Assembly (NCBI RefSeq): GCF_004010195.1
Contig: NC_057720.1
Coordinates: forward strand, 32,060,590 to 32,124,589
DNA from: Chiloscyllium plagiosum
Taxonomy: Eukaryota
Direction: 5' to 3'
DNA length: 64,000 nt
Each line of letters begins with the position of its first letter. The first letter of the stretch is position 1. Below, piece by piece: positions 12,712 through 25,804 of the stretch. The position numbers and the translations under genes are program-made. The notes beneath the pieces were generated by a model. The model was not told the DNA's origin, made no database searches, and saw only the letters and a list, made by a program, of their open reading frames with translations.

Positions 12712-13205
12712 TCAGAAACAGGAATTTCGAGCTTTCAAGAGGATTATGATTGATCTGATTACTCCACATTCCTGCCTGCCCCAATAATCTTTTGCGTCTT
12801 TGCCTCTCAAGAATTTATCTGCCTCTACCTTAAAAATATTCAAGGCCTTTGCATCCACCACTTTTTGGAAGAGAGAGATCCAAAGTCTCACAATCCTGTG
12901 TGAAAAGATAATTCTCCTTATCTCTGATTTTAATGGGTGACCCCATTTTTTGAAACAGTGACCCATAGTTGTAGATTCTCTTACACGAGGAAGCATTCTT
13001 TCCATAGGTACTCTGTCAAAACCCCTCATGATCTTCTGTGTTTCAACCAAGTCACCTCTTACTCTTTTAAAGTCAAGACGATTTAAGCCTAGCTTGTCCA
13101 GCCTTTTATCATAAGACAACTGCCCATCATATATATTGGTCTGGAAAACCTTCTCTGAATACATTTACATCCATCCTTAAATGAAGAGATCAATACTGCA
13201 CACAG
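12712..13205 (-). mobile_element. Old CR1 3' fragment
   Basis: ORF 12712..13164 LSYDKRLDKLGL...RVRGDLVET...FSHRIVRLW. Confidence 0.85.
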
Positions 13206-14886
13206 GTCTTTTCTCTTTTGATCATCCAGTCATTCCACATTTTTTCCGTGCTATTTTTAAAGGCCTTAATTAGAGAGACAGCCAATGTTTGAACAAGGCT
13301 TGTTAGAAAGGCTGAAATCACTGCAATGTCAATGTTTTGTGATTTATCTTCAGGAACAATCAGCAATAAGATGGGGAATCTCTTTTCTTTATGTAATCCC
13401 CAGTTATCCTCGAGAAGGTGTTAATGAACTGCCCTCTTGAACTGCTGCAGTCTATTTGGTATAGGCAAATCCACAATACTGTTCAGGAGAGAGGTTTAAG
13501 ATTTTAACCCAGTGACAGTGAAGGAACAGCGATATATTTCCAAGACAGAATGTTGAGTGGCTTGGAGGGAAACTTGTACCTGGTGGTGTTCCCATGTATT
13601 TGCTGCCCTTGTCCTTTTAGATGGAGGTGATTGTGGGTTTGGAAGGTGCTGTCTAAGGACCCTTAATGTTTGTAGATGTGGTGCCTATCAAATGGGTTCC
13701 TTTGTCCTGGATGGTGTCAAGCTTCTTGAGTGTCATTTGAGCTGCACTCATCCAGGCAATCTGCTATCCATGCTAATTATACCTCCAACACCACACGCTC
13801 TTTCTTATTAAGTAGTGAATGTGTGGTACATCATCAAGCACCTCCAAATATATGACAATCACTCCTTTTTCTTTATCTTGTTATGCTTGTTACTTTGTCA
13901 AAGAATTCTAATTATTTTGTCAGGCATGATATCCTCATCAAGAAGTCATGCTGACTCAACTTAATCATAACATATATTTGTAAATGGTCTGCTATTACAG
14001 ACTTCATAATAGATTTCTCAATAACAGATTTAAAAAAAAACTTGCCTCTAGTTACCTCTAGTCTTTTGACTCCATCCTTCTTTGATTTAAGGTATTAATT
14101 TGGTAGTTTTCTAATCTTCTCCCCTTTTTCCTCCTTTATTATTTAATATTTTTTGGAATGCTGCTAGCATATTCTACCATGAAGACTGATGCAAAATATT
14201 TATTCAACCACCTGCCATTTCCTAGTTCCTATTGTTATTTCCCCAGCCTCATTCTCTAAGCATCCTTAGTTCCCTTTGGCCTTTTTCTTCCTTTTATGCA
14301 TCTTTTTTAAAAAACTGTTGATATTTATCTTGATATTACATGCAAGTTTACCATCAAAATGTGTTTTCGTATTTTTTGGTCATCTTTGTTGAGAAAGATA
14401 CTTTCCCAAACCCCTGGCTCATCTCTAACATTGCCACATGGTATGGTGAAACAGCCAGGTCTCATGATCAACTTTCCAAAGTTGCTAAATCCATCTCAGG
14501 CCCCAATCTGCACCATTTGTTCTCTGGCAAAAATCAACACTTTAATGTTAAATACAATTTATTATATGTTCCAAATTTACAAAGAGCCCATTTTAATTCT
14601 GTTGACCAATTTGCAAGAATTCAAACCTTTTTGAGTTAACATTAACATATAGTCCTGGTGATACTTTAATAAATCTCAGTGAAAAAACACTGGAGCTGAA
14701 ACATGCGAAAATCACTGGTTTAAAGAGCTTCTTAGATCAGAGGAAGGATATCTTCAATGTTCCCTTAATTCTACAATTTGAACCTATGGTTATAATAGTT
14801 TATCTTCTATCCATATTAAGGTGTGTTTTCCTTAATATGAACACTCATTTACCAGGTATTAGCACTTGACAGCCAAGATAATGTCT

Positions 14887-15085
14887 TGATTTGGAAATGC
14901 TGGTGTTGGACTGGGTGTACAAAGTTCAAAATCAAACAACACCAGGTTATAGTCCAACAGGTTTAATTGGAAGCACACTAGCTTTTGGAGTGCCACACAA
15001 CCACCTGATGAAGGAGCAGCGCTCCGAAAGCTAGTGCTTCCAATTAAACCTGTTGGACTATAACCTAGTGTTATGTGATTTTGAA
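14887..15085. mobile_element. Penelope-like foldback element (family A)
   Basis: Inverted arms; 13-bp TSD caagataatgtct at 14874-14886 and 15086-15098. Confidence 0.8.
15002..15036 (+). ncRNA. Minimal type I hammerhead ribozyme motif
   Basis: cac-CTGATGA-a-ggagc-agc-gctcc-GAAA-g-CTA-gtg: stem I cac/gtg, 5-bp stem II, palindromic AGCT stem III, NUH = CUA. Confidence 0.8.
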
Positions 15086-15511
15086 CAAGATAATGTCTAT
15101 TTTTGTTCTAACTCCCAATGCCTGCCTCAGGATTGCTTCCATGAGAGAAGTTCTTCTTGTTTCTAGCACTCAGTGGGATTGGGACTTCACTGGATAATTG
15201 GACAGTGACAAACATTCAAAAACAAACCTGGAAGCACAAAATGTGAAATGGGAGATCAGATCCTTCCAGCTTTGTAGTGTGAAGTAATATGACCAAGTGT
15301 TTGTACCTGGCCTGGAACAGTAACCATATGATGAAGATTAACTTAGAGGTGAGCTGAGACTTAATATTGCTGTATTTTTCCTGCTCTGTTTAAGTGAAAA
15401 GATATTGCTGTATAAGGCAGTTAGTATCTGAAAGGGTTAACTGACATCACAAGGTAAACTCTGACCATCTGAATATAAAGGACTGTTCCTGGGAAGTGCT
15501 AGTCATTTGTA

Positions 15512-15793
15512 TAAAACCAAAAGAACTGCAGATGCTGTAAATCGGAAACAAAAATAGAAATTGCTGAGAAAGCTCAGCACATCTGGCAGCATCTGTGGAG
15601 AGAAATCAGTTAATATTTCAGGTCGAGTGACCCTTCCTCAGAACTGATGGCAGATAGGAAAATAAACTCTCATTTTCCTCGCTGCCATCAGTTCTGAGGA
15701 AGGGTCACTTGACCTGAAATGTTAATTCTGATTTCTCTGTACAAATGCTGCGAGATGTGTTGAGTTTTTCCTGCAATTCCTGTTTTTGTTTCT
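15512..15793. mobile_element. Penelope-like foldback element (family B) with two opposed degenerate hammerheads
   Basis: About 280-bp imperfect palindrome; agttctgaggaagggtcac..gacctgaaat on both strands. Confidence 0.75.
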
Positions 15794-16129
15794 AACGATT
15801 TGTGTACCATTTGTTGTTGTATTGCTAAGTCCATGTAGCTAACACTAATATACATTCTCCCCTTAAACTGAGCCTGATGGTCAGCTTCAGATTATCTCCA
15901 GATTAATGTAAATGGCTATTAAATATTATGTAATAAACTTTTACTGTTTATCAAGGCTATCTTCTGTCAAGAACTTCAAATGGATGTCTTCCCCTTGTGG
16001 TATCAGCAACTTACACTAATATGACTACCTAGGATTGATGGCAGTGAATCTACCCAAAGCATCTCAATTGTGAACATGACCTGAACATATACCATACTGA
16101 CAGAAGGGTAGATTTTGCCTAATTGTTAA

Positions 16130-16570
16130 TGAGAATGTTGTAGGGATGAGATGCTTCAATTATGGAGATAGATTGGAGAAATTGGGGCTATTTTCCCTTG
16201 ATATGAGAAGACTAAGAAGGACTGTGATACAAGTTTTCAACATCATGGAAGCACCTTGGACAGTGTTAATAGGGAGAAACCATTCCCCTTTGTGAATAGA
16301 TTGAGGATGAGAGGGCACAAATTTGTAGTAAAGATTTCAAAGGAAGCAAATACAATGAGTGCAGAGGTCAGGTTTGGAACGCAGTGCCTGGGAGCATGGC
16401 GGAGAGAGGTTTGATCAAAGCATTTGAAAGGGCATTGGATGATTATTTGAATAGAAACAATTTGTAGGGTTGTGGAGAAAAGGCAGGAGAATGGCATTAA
16501 GTCATAATGGTCATTTAGACAGTTGGTACAGTTGTGATAGGCAGTTGTGATAGACCTTGTGCACAATAAC
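16130..16570 (+). mobile_element. Old CR1 3' fragment
   Basis: attggagaaattggggctattttcc...agaagactaag...gagagggcacaaattt CR1-like 3' region. Confidence 0.7.
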
Positions 16571-17102
16571 AATTCTGAGGGTATACCATGGTAACAGCTG
16601 TTGGGCATGACTATCTTATCTAATATCCTGCATTGGTGATCTTTCAAAGAGCACAGCCTTCCGAGGTGAAGAAGGAAGAAAAGATGCCAGTCAGTGTATC
16701 TTTGAATACTTAACAGCTTTAAAGCACACAGAGTGATCAGCCAGTTTCTGTGAATGTAATAGCCAGCTGTTTAAAATATACTGCAGATGTCAAACCAGTA
16801 TCAGACCTTGCTCAAGAAGCTTAAAACTGCTAGAAATAGTGAAAAATGGAGGAAAATGCTTGTTAGGACCATATAGTCTCACCAAAGCTACATGGGAAAA
16901 AGTATTAATGTTATATTAACCATATTACAGTAATTTATATCAGACACTCAGAGCAAGTTAAATCCCATTGAAAGAGTGAAAATTCTTACATTTCAATGAA
17001 AATATTGTGGCTGAGAATTTTTGGAAAAAGGCTTAATTACTATATACTGTAAACAAGCATTTCTAAAATCATTCAAATTTATCAAGAAAAGCAGCAGAAA
17101 AT

Positions 17103-17610
17103 GTCATAGAGTCATACAGTATGGAAATAGACTCTTCAGTCTCACTCATCCATGCTGACCAATTTTCCCAAATTAAACTTGGCTGCATTTGGCCCATATT
17201 TCCCTATGTCTTTTCACATTCCTGATGAAGGGCTTATGCCCAAATTGTCAATTCTATCGCTCCTCAGATGCTGCCTGACCTGCTGTGCTTTTCCAGAGCC
17301 ACATTTTTTGACTATTCATTTACCTGTCCAAATGTCTTTTAAATGTTTCACTGTACCTGCATCTATCACTTCCTCTGGCAGCTGCTGTTCACCTTATTTA
17401 TGCCACTCATGATTTTATAAATTGCTATACGGTCACCGTTCAATCTCCTATGCTCCAATGAAAAAATTCCAAGTCTATCCAGCCTATTCTTATAATTCAA
17501 ACCGTCCAGTCCCAGCAACATCCTCATGAATCTTTTCTGTACCATCTCCACTTTTAAAAATCTTTCCTATAGCAGGGTGACTAGAACTGTATCTCCAAAA
17601 GTGGCTTTAT
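17103..17610 (-). mobile_element. CR1 3' fragment containing a degenerate hammerhead element at about 17217-17313; continues at about 22022-22055 beyond the nested CR1
   Basis: ORF 17366..17551 VQKRFMRMLLGL...HRRLNGD; cctgatgaagggcttatgccc at 17221. Confidence 0.75.
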
Positions 17611-17619
17611 AAGTGGTTT

Positions 17620-20600
17620 AACTCATAAATTTGTATAAATTAATTAAATAAGTAGAGATGGCTGGACAGGTGATGTGCTGTTACTGTATGATGTGGGAGC
17701 TGGCTGATCCCATTGTGAACGGCAGTGACCACATCTACAGCAAGTGATGGTTGCTGAAAGAACTCCAGATCAGAATTGATGATCCGGAATCTGAGCTTCA
17801 AACACTGCGGCACATCCAGGAGGGGGAGAATTACCTGGACGCTTTGTTTCAGGAGGCAGTCACACCTGGTAGATTAAGTAATTCAAATTCAGTCGGTGAT
17901 CAGAAATAACAGGGTGTGACTGTAAGTGAGGCAGGTAGGGGGATTCTGAGTTCAGGAGTGCAGGAGCCTCAGCCCTTGACCTTGTCCAACAGGTATGAGA
18001 TTTTTGCTCCCTGTATGGATGAGGAAAAGGCTCTGGACAGGATGAGCCAGCTGACCACAGCACCATAGTGCAGAAGGTCATTCAACAGGGGGGAGCAAAA
18101 AGACAAGTAGTTGTTATAGGGGATTCTATAATTAGGGGGACAGATAGTATCCCTTGTGAGCCGGATCGGGAGACCCGCATATTGTTTTGCCTGCCTGGTG
18201 CCAGGGTGCAGGACATCACGATATGGCTGGAAAGGATATTGGTGAGGGAGGGGGAGGATCCAGTTGTTGTGGTCCACATTGGCACAAACAACATAGCCAA
18301 GACTAGGAAGGAGGACCTGTTGGGGGATTATCAAGCACTAGGAAGGAAATTGAAGAATAGGTCGCCGAGGGTCATAATCTCTGGATTACTATCCGAATCA
18401 CCTACTAATTGGTATAGGGATAAGAAACTTAGGGAATTAAACATGTGCCTAAGAGATTGGTGTGGGAAAGAGGGATACCATTTCATGGGACATTGGCATC
18501 AGTTACGGAACCAGAGGGATCTGTACCGATAGGACGGTCTTCACCTGAACTGATCTGGAACCAGTGTTCTAGCAAAAAGGATAAATAGGGTGGTCACAGG
18601 GACTTTAAACTTGCGAGTCGGGGGGGGGGAAGGGAAAGGGAAAGCAACAGGAAGTACAGGAAAGCAACAGAATCAAGTAGAAAGACAAGCAGCAGATTAG
18701 ACTGCTTCTGTGCAGGGTTTAAGTTCGAGGCAGATTAGGAATGAAGCAAAAAGAAAGGATAGTTTAGGTAGAGGTGATGGAAATCATGAGGATAAGAAAA
18801 TTAGTATTAAGGTGCTTTACTTGAATGCTCGAAGCATTTGTAACAAAGTAGGTGAATTAACGGCACAAATTATCATAAATGATTATGATGTGATAGGCAT
18901 CACAGAGATGTGGTTGCAGGATGTTCAGGACTGACAGTTAAACATCCAAGGATTTACAACTTATCGAAAAGACAGGGAGGTGAGCAGAGGGGGCGAGGTT
19001 ACCTTATTAGTTAAGAATGAGATTAAATCTATGGCACTGAATGACAGAGGGTAGATGATGTGGAGTCTGTGTGGGTGGAGTTGAGGAACCACAAAGGCAA
19101 AAAAAACCATAATGGGAGTTATGTACAAACCTTCCAGCAGTGGTCAGGATCAGGGGCGTAAGATGTATCAGGAAATAGATAGGGCATGTCAGAAAGGGAA
19201 GGTCAAGGTGATCAAGGGGGGACTTCAATATGCAAATGGACTGGGAATAATGTTGCCAGTGGATCCAAAGAAAGGGAAGTCATGGAATGCTTACAGGATG
19301 GCTTTTTGGAACGGCTTGTGATGGAGTCCACAAGGGAGCGGGCTATTCTGGACTTAGTGCCATGTAATGAGCCAGACTTCATAAAGGATCTTAAAGTAAG
19401 GGAACACTTAGGAGCAGCAATCATAATATGGTAGATTTCAGTCTGCAGTTTGAAAGAGAGAAGGCAAAATTGGATGTAATAGTGTTATAGCTAAAAATAG
19501 GGGCATGAGAGAGGAACTGACAAAAAATGACTGGAAGCAGAGCCTAGTGGGGCATACAGTAGAGCCACAATGGCAAGAGTTTTTGGGTGTAATTGAGGAC
19601 ACAGTACAGAGGTTCATCCTAAAGTAAAGAAAGATTACCCGGTTTGGGGAGGGTGGGGATTAGACAACCATGGCTCACAAAGGAAGTCAGGAAATTTATC
19701 AAAGAAAACGAAAGAGCCTATAAAGTGGCCAAGAGCACTGGGAAATCAGAAGATTGTGAAGACTACAAAAACAAACAGAGGATAACATAGAGAGAAATAA
19801 GGCAAAAGTAAAGATTGGGCCACTCCAAATTGATGCAGGAAGGCTAGTGCTGGGGGATAAGGAAATAGCTGAAGAACTTAGTAAACACTTTGTGTCAGTC
19901 TTCACAATGGAAGACATGAGTAATATCCCAATATTTAAGGAGAGTCAAGGGGCTGAGTTGAGTATGGTGGCCATTGCAAAGGAGAAAGTACTTGAAAAGC
20001 TAAAAGGTCTAAAAATTGATAAATCTCCTGGTACCGATGGGTTACATTGTAGAGTTCTGATGGAGTTGGCTGAAGAAATAGCGGAGGCATTGGTTGTAAT
20101 CTTGTAATTTGGGAAAGTCCCAAATGATTGGAAAATCACTGTTGTAACCCCCTTGTTCAAGAAAGGATCAAGACAAAAGATGGAAAATTATAGGCCGATT
20201 TGCCTAACCTGGGTTGTAGGTAAAATTCTAGAATCCATTGTTAAGGATGAGATTTCTAAATTCTTGGAAGTGCAGGGTTGAATTAGAACAAGTCAGCATG
20301 GATTTAGTAAGGGAAGGTCCTGCCTGACAAACCTGTTAGAATTCTTTAAAGAGGTAACAAGTAGGTTAGATCAGGGAAACCCAGGCCTTTGATAAGGTGC
20401 CTCACGGGAGGCTGCTGAGTAAGATGAGGGCCCATGGGTGTTCAAGGTGAGCTATTGGCATGGATTGAGGATTGGCTGGCTAACAGAAGGCAGAAAGTTG
20501 GGATACAAGGTTCTTTTTCGGACTGGCAGCTGGTGACAAGTGGTGTCCCACTGGGTTCCGTGTTGGGGCTGCAGCTGTTCACTTTATATACTAATGATTT

Positions 20601-22022
20601 AAACGACGAGACTGGGGGCATTCTGGTGAAGTTTGCCGATGATTAGGTGGACAGGCAGGTAGTTCGGAGAAGGCGGGGAGGCCACAGAAAGATTTAAGGA
20701 GAAAGTGAGGTCTGCAGATGCTGGAGATCAGAGATGGAAATGTGTTGCTGGAAAAGTGCAGCAGGTCAGGCAGCATCTAGGGAACAGGAGAATCGACGTT
20801 TCGGGCATTAGCCCTTCTTCAGATGCTGCCTGACCTGCTGCGCTTTTCCAGCAACACATTTCCATCTCTGATCTCCAGCATCTGCAGACCTCACTTTCTC
20901 CTCAAAGATTTCAACCTACTGCGAATCCTCTTACAAGGATGCCTTCCTTGAAGAAGCTCTCTTTCTCCCTCTGCAAAGGTTTCAGTGAGTCACTCTCTCA
21001 CTGCACCCCCCAGGTCATCTCCTCTGCACAGAAGCTCTTCAGCCACATTCTCAAACATTCCTGAAGAAGGGCTAATGCCCAAAACGTCGATTCTCCTGTT
21101 CCCTAGATGCTGCCTGACCTGCTGCGCTTTTCCAGCAACACATTTCCATCACAGAAAGATTTAGACAGTTTAGGAGAATGGTCCAAGAAATAGCTGATGA
21201 AATTCAATGTGAGCAAATGCAGGGTCTTGCACTTTGGGAAAAAGAGCACTGGCATGGACTATTTTATAAATGGTCAGAAAATTCGTAAAGCCAAAGTACA
21301 AAGGGATCTGGGAGTGCTAGTCTGGGATTCTCTAGAGGTTGACTTGCAGGCTGAGTCCATGGTTAAGAAAGCAAGTGTAATGTTGTCATTTATCTCAAGT
21401 GGGTTGGAATGTAAAAGCAGTGATGTGCTACTGAGATTTTATAAAGCTCTGGTTTGGCTCCATTTAGAATACTGTGTACAATTTTGGGCCCCACACCTCA
21501 GAAAGGACATACTGGCACTGGAGCATGTCCAGCAGAGATTCATACGGAAGATCCCTGGAATGGTAGGCCTAACATACGATGAATGGCTGAGGATCCTGGG
21601 ATTGTATTCATCAGAGTTTAGAAGGTTGAGGGGAGACCTAATAGAAACTTACAAGATAATGCATGGCTTAGAAAGGGTGGACGCTGGGAAATTGTTTCTG
21701 TCAGGCAGGGATACTAGGACTCATGGGCTCAGCCTTAGAATTAGAGGGGGTCAATTTGGAATGGAAATGGGGAGACATTTCTTCAGCCAGAGAGTGGTGG
21801 GCCTGTGGAAATCATTGCCACAGAGCACAATGGAGGCTGGAACATTAAATGTCTTCAAGGCAGAGATTAATAAATTCTTAATTTCACAAGGAATTAAGGA
21901 ATACATGGAGAGTGCGGGTAAGTGGCGTTGAAATGCCCATCAGCCATGATTGAATGGCAGAGTGGACTCGATGGGCTGAATGGCCTTACTTTCACTCCTA
22001 TTTCTTGTAGTCTTATGGTCTT
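17620..22022 (+). mobile_element. Near full-length decayed CR1 LINE: ORF1 with SGNH/GDSL esterase, ORF2 with APE endonuclease and RT
   Basis: 18068..18532 VVVIGDSIIRG...VHIGTNNI; about 18810 LYLNARSI...IGITEMWL; 20434..20646 GVPLGSVLG...KFADD; 21197..21931 C-terminal domain; tail tcttatggtctta. Confidence 0.92.
20697..21150 (+). mobile_element. Penelope-like/retrozyme-type insertion (family C) nested in the CR1 RT
   Basis: TSD (c)acagaaagattta at 20683-20696 and 21150-21163; inverted arm followed by a 284-nt direct-repeat unit; hammerhead cores at about 20790-20822 (-) and 21061-21088 (+). Confidence 0.85.
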
Positions 22023-22829
22023 ACTAACGCCCTGTACAACCGCAACATGATGTCTTTAGATGAAAGGACACTTGTTAAGGAAATTGTTAAAACGGCAGCA
22101 TAATTTGACTAATTACAATCAGTTTTGAGGAAAAGACTAATTTTTCTAATGCATTTTAACATATTCTGAATGGCTTAATAACAGCAAAATGTTATTTTTA
22201 AAACCAAAAATGATACAAATATCATAAGGAACAAGAATAAGTGGTGTGAATCATACACATTGTTAAGAAAAGGTCACAGAAATTTGAGGGTGCATACATG
22301 AGGATCATTGGTCAGCACAACATCGTGGGCTGAAGGGCCTGTTCTGTGCTGTACTGTTCTATGTTCTATGTTCTAAAAATCACAAAGAAGGGAAAAATAT
22401 CATGAATTAATTTTTCCCTCCATTTTGAAGAAGAAAGATATGTTTCTTCAATTTAAAGCATTTCAATGATATTTAAGCATTTGAAAATTATTTCACAACA
22501 AAAATAGGAGGATACTTCTGAAACATTTAGATAATTTTCAACTTTAATCAGCAGAAATTGAAAAATTCTGGAACATTAAATAAGAAGATGAAGATCAAAA
22601 GTCTTCATTAAAAATGTCTGAATTGTGGAGGCTTCTTAGCAAATCATCATCATCCAGTAAACAAAGAAAGTAATTAGCTTTTAAAAAAACTGTGGAAGAA
22701 GATAACATTTAATACAAATGATGTGATTGTACAGTTTAAAGCACTGAACAACAAAGCCTGCTATATCGGTGAACAATTCCAAGTAAATCATTTAAATAAG
22801 AGCAACAATAACAGTTAAATACAATTACA

Positions 22830-23390
22830 ATACAGAAAGAGATTGCACCCCCTAGCAGATTTAAAACCACAAAACGTTCAGACTGGTCTGTATGGAAGGG
22901 ACAATTCACGTGAGACCAAATTGCTTCAGGATTGCAGGAGAAGCCCAGAGAGGAATAAGTGTACACATTTCTTTGCTCTGTAGGTACAATAACAGATCAT
23001 ATTTTGGAGGCCAGACTTTAGGAAAAATGAATGATAGCTTTGATGCGATTGTAAGACCATTTGACAGTTACATTAAATGCCAATTATATGTGGAAAAAAC
23101 AAGATTTAATAGAAGAATGCAGCTTCTAGGACAACATGTTGAAACTTCATTAATGATTTTTACACATTGTCAAATTTTTTTAACCATGGTGATTTACAAC
23201 CACAATTAATTAATTTGAGCCTGAATGGTCATGGGAAATTCAGATCCATCTCTTTATTACAATTGAAAGGTAATCACTCTTTGGAAAGAGCTGTCCACAT
23301 AGTGGTAAAATCTGAAACCCAAAACATTACAAGACAACGGTCGGAACTGAAAGTCAACCTCGCTCAAGAAGCTAACCAGACTTTGTCAAC
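22830..23390 (+). mobile_element. Gypsy LTR-retrotransposon gag remnant
   Basis: FDSYIKCQLYVEKTRFNRRMQLLGQHVE and LLQLKGNHSLERAVHIVVKSE resemble Gypsy gag motifs (ERARFNRR.Q..GE; LQ...DLTLEKA). Confidence 0.55.
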
Positions 23391-23395
23391 CTTGC

Positions 23396-23835
23396 AGAGC
23401 AGGTTCACCAGGATGTTGCCTGGTATGGAGGGTGCTAGCTATGAAGAGAGGTTGAGGGATGCTGTCTTGTATGGAGAGTGCTAGCTATGAAGACAGGTTG
23501 AGGGATGTTGTCTGGTATGGAGGGCGTTAGCTATGAAGACAGGTTGAGTAGATTAGAATTATTTTCATTAGGAAGTTTAAGGGAGATATGTGTGAAAAGT
23601 TCTTTATGGAGAGGGTGGTGGGTGCCTGGAACATGTTGCCAGTGGAGGTGTTAGAGGCGGGCATGATAGCGTAATTTAAGATGTATGCAGACACCTACAT
23701 GAATGGACCGGGAGCAGAGGGATACAGATCCTTAGAAAATACAGATCCTTAGGTTTAGATAGAGGATCTGTATTAGCACAGGCTTGGAGGGCTGAATGGC
23801 CTGTTCCTGTGCTCTAATTTTCTTTGTTCTTTGAT
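23396..23835 (+). mobile_element. CR1 3' fragment with a roughly 40-bp internal triplication
   Basis: QSRFTRMLPGMEGASYEERL; ggtatggag..gctagctatgaaga.aggttgag present three times. Confidence 0.8.
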
Positions 23836-24860
23836 CTAAAGTATAATATCATGAAAATACCATGGGATAAATCAATAAAAAAGACTTTAAATCCTTTGAT
23901 GTTAGAACTCATTGATCTGGATGCGCAGTTAAAATAGACACACAAATAGAAACAATGTGGAACTTTAGAATTGTAATGCAACTTTTGTAATAAAGTAAGA
24001 AAGTGTAAGAAAGAGAAATGCAGAAGTAAAAGAACCACAGAACTATTAATGCTTACTTGCACAATGTGATTAACAGCTGACCATAAGTATCTTTGGCTTA
24101 ATTATGAAAATCTGTTTCAAGTACAGACCATATTTCACTAGTATTGATAACTGATTACGTTTTGACCACAGACACCCCCTCCTTCCTTATAGGAACCAAA
24201 ATCCTTGACAAGGTATCTGAAGGACACCTGAGTATCACTAAATGCAGATCTTCAGTTTGGTGACCATGAATTACTAAACAGGATAGAAGGCTTTTTTTTT
24301 CACTGATTGCAATGCAAAGCATCAAAGAAGAGATTTGTTGATTCTTCCCACCTTTCCTAACCGAAGCACTGCAATGTGTAGGAACTTGGCTGTTTGCATT
24401 TTAACATTTCATTAGTGGAACTATTAAAGGGGAGAGAACTTAAGACTCAGACGCCATCCCCCCCCCCCCACCCCCCCGCCACTCTTCATAAGCACTTGAA
24501 TCCACAAATGTGTACCTCAGATTTTAAAAAATTATAACGATGAACAGAAATTTTGTCAGTAACAAGCAGCCAACTATAACAGATGATTTTGCATTAAAAC
24601 CTTGCCTAATACAGAACATGGTCAAACAGTTTGAATTAAACACCTCAACAGAAATGGTCCATTCATGCAACACATACCAAATCAAAACTGGTTCACAACT
24701 GGCTAGTTCCTCTCAAGAACTGTCCTTTATATCCTGATTGGTGAAGCCTATCTCATAATGTCAGTTAATTCTGTCATGTAGTAACTGTCCTGTCTGACTG
24801 ACAGACATATGAGCCATGCTCAGAGCTGGCTGTAATAGAGCTAGGTTTGATATTGACATT

Positions 24861-25180
24861 TATAGAGTCATAGAGATGTACAGCATGGAAACAGACCCTT
24901 CGGTCCAACCTGTCTATGCCGACCAGATATCCCAAACCAATCTAGTCCCACTTGCCAGCACCCGGCCCATAGCCCTCCAAACCCTTCCTATTCATATACC
25001 CATCCAAATGCCTCTTAAATATTGCAATTGTACCAGCCTCCACCACATCCTCTGGCAGCTCATTCCATACACATACCACCTTCTGTGTGAACAATTGCAC
25101 CTTAGGTCTCTTTTATATCTTTCCCCTCTCACCCTAAACCAATGCCCTCTCGTTCTGGACTCCCCGACCCCAGGGAAAAT
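24861..25180 (-). mobile_element. CR1/HER1 3' fragment running into the gap
   Basis: Near-identical to other HER1-type tails (8389, 51108). Confidence 0.9.
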
Positions 25181-25804
25181 NNNNNNNNNNNNNNNNNNNN
25201 NNNNNNNNNNNNNNNNNNNNNNNNNNNNNNNNNNNNNNNNNNNNNNNNNNNNNNNNNNNNNNNNNNNNNNNNNNNNNNNNNNNNNNNNNNNNNNNNNNNN
25301 NNNNNNNNNNNNNNNNNNNNNNNNNNNNNNNNNNNNNNNNNNNNNNNNNNNNNNNNNNNNNNNNNNNNNNNNNNNNNNNNNNNNNNNNNNNNNNNNNNNN
25401 NNNNNNNNNNNNNNNNNNNNNNNNNNNNNNNNNNNNNNNNNNNNNNNNNNNNNNNNNNNNNNNNNNNNNNNNNNNNNNNNNNNNNNNNNNNNNNNNNNNN
25501 NNNNNNNNNNNNNNNNNNNNNNNNNNNNNNNNNNNNNNNNNNNNNNNNNNNNNNNNNNNNNNNNNNNNNNNNNNNNNNNNNNNNNNNNNNNNNNNNNNNN
25601 NNNNNNNNNNNNNNNNNNNNNNNNNNNNNNNNNNNNNNNNNNNNNNNNNNNNNNNNNNNNNNNNNNNNNNNNNNNNNNNNNNNNNNNNNNNNNNNNNNNN
25701 NNNNNNNNNNNNNNNNNNNNNNNNNNNNNNNNNNNNNNNNNNNNNNNNNNNNNNNNNNNNNNNNNNNNNNNNNNNNNNNNNNNNNNNNNNNNNNNNNNNN
25801 NNNN
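25181..25804. other. Assembly gap (N run)
   Basis: Run of n. Confidence 1.

Noticed and set aside
18068..18532. Host lipase/esterase gene
   Set aside because: It is the known SGNH esterase domain of CR1 ORF1, embedded in the LINE and truncated by stops
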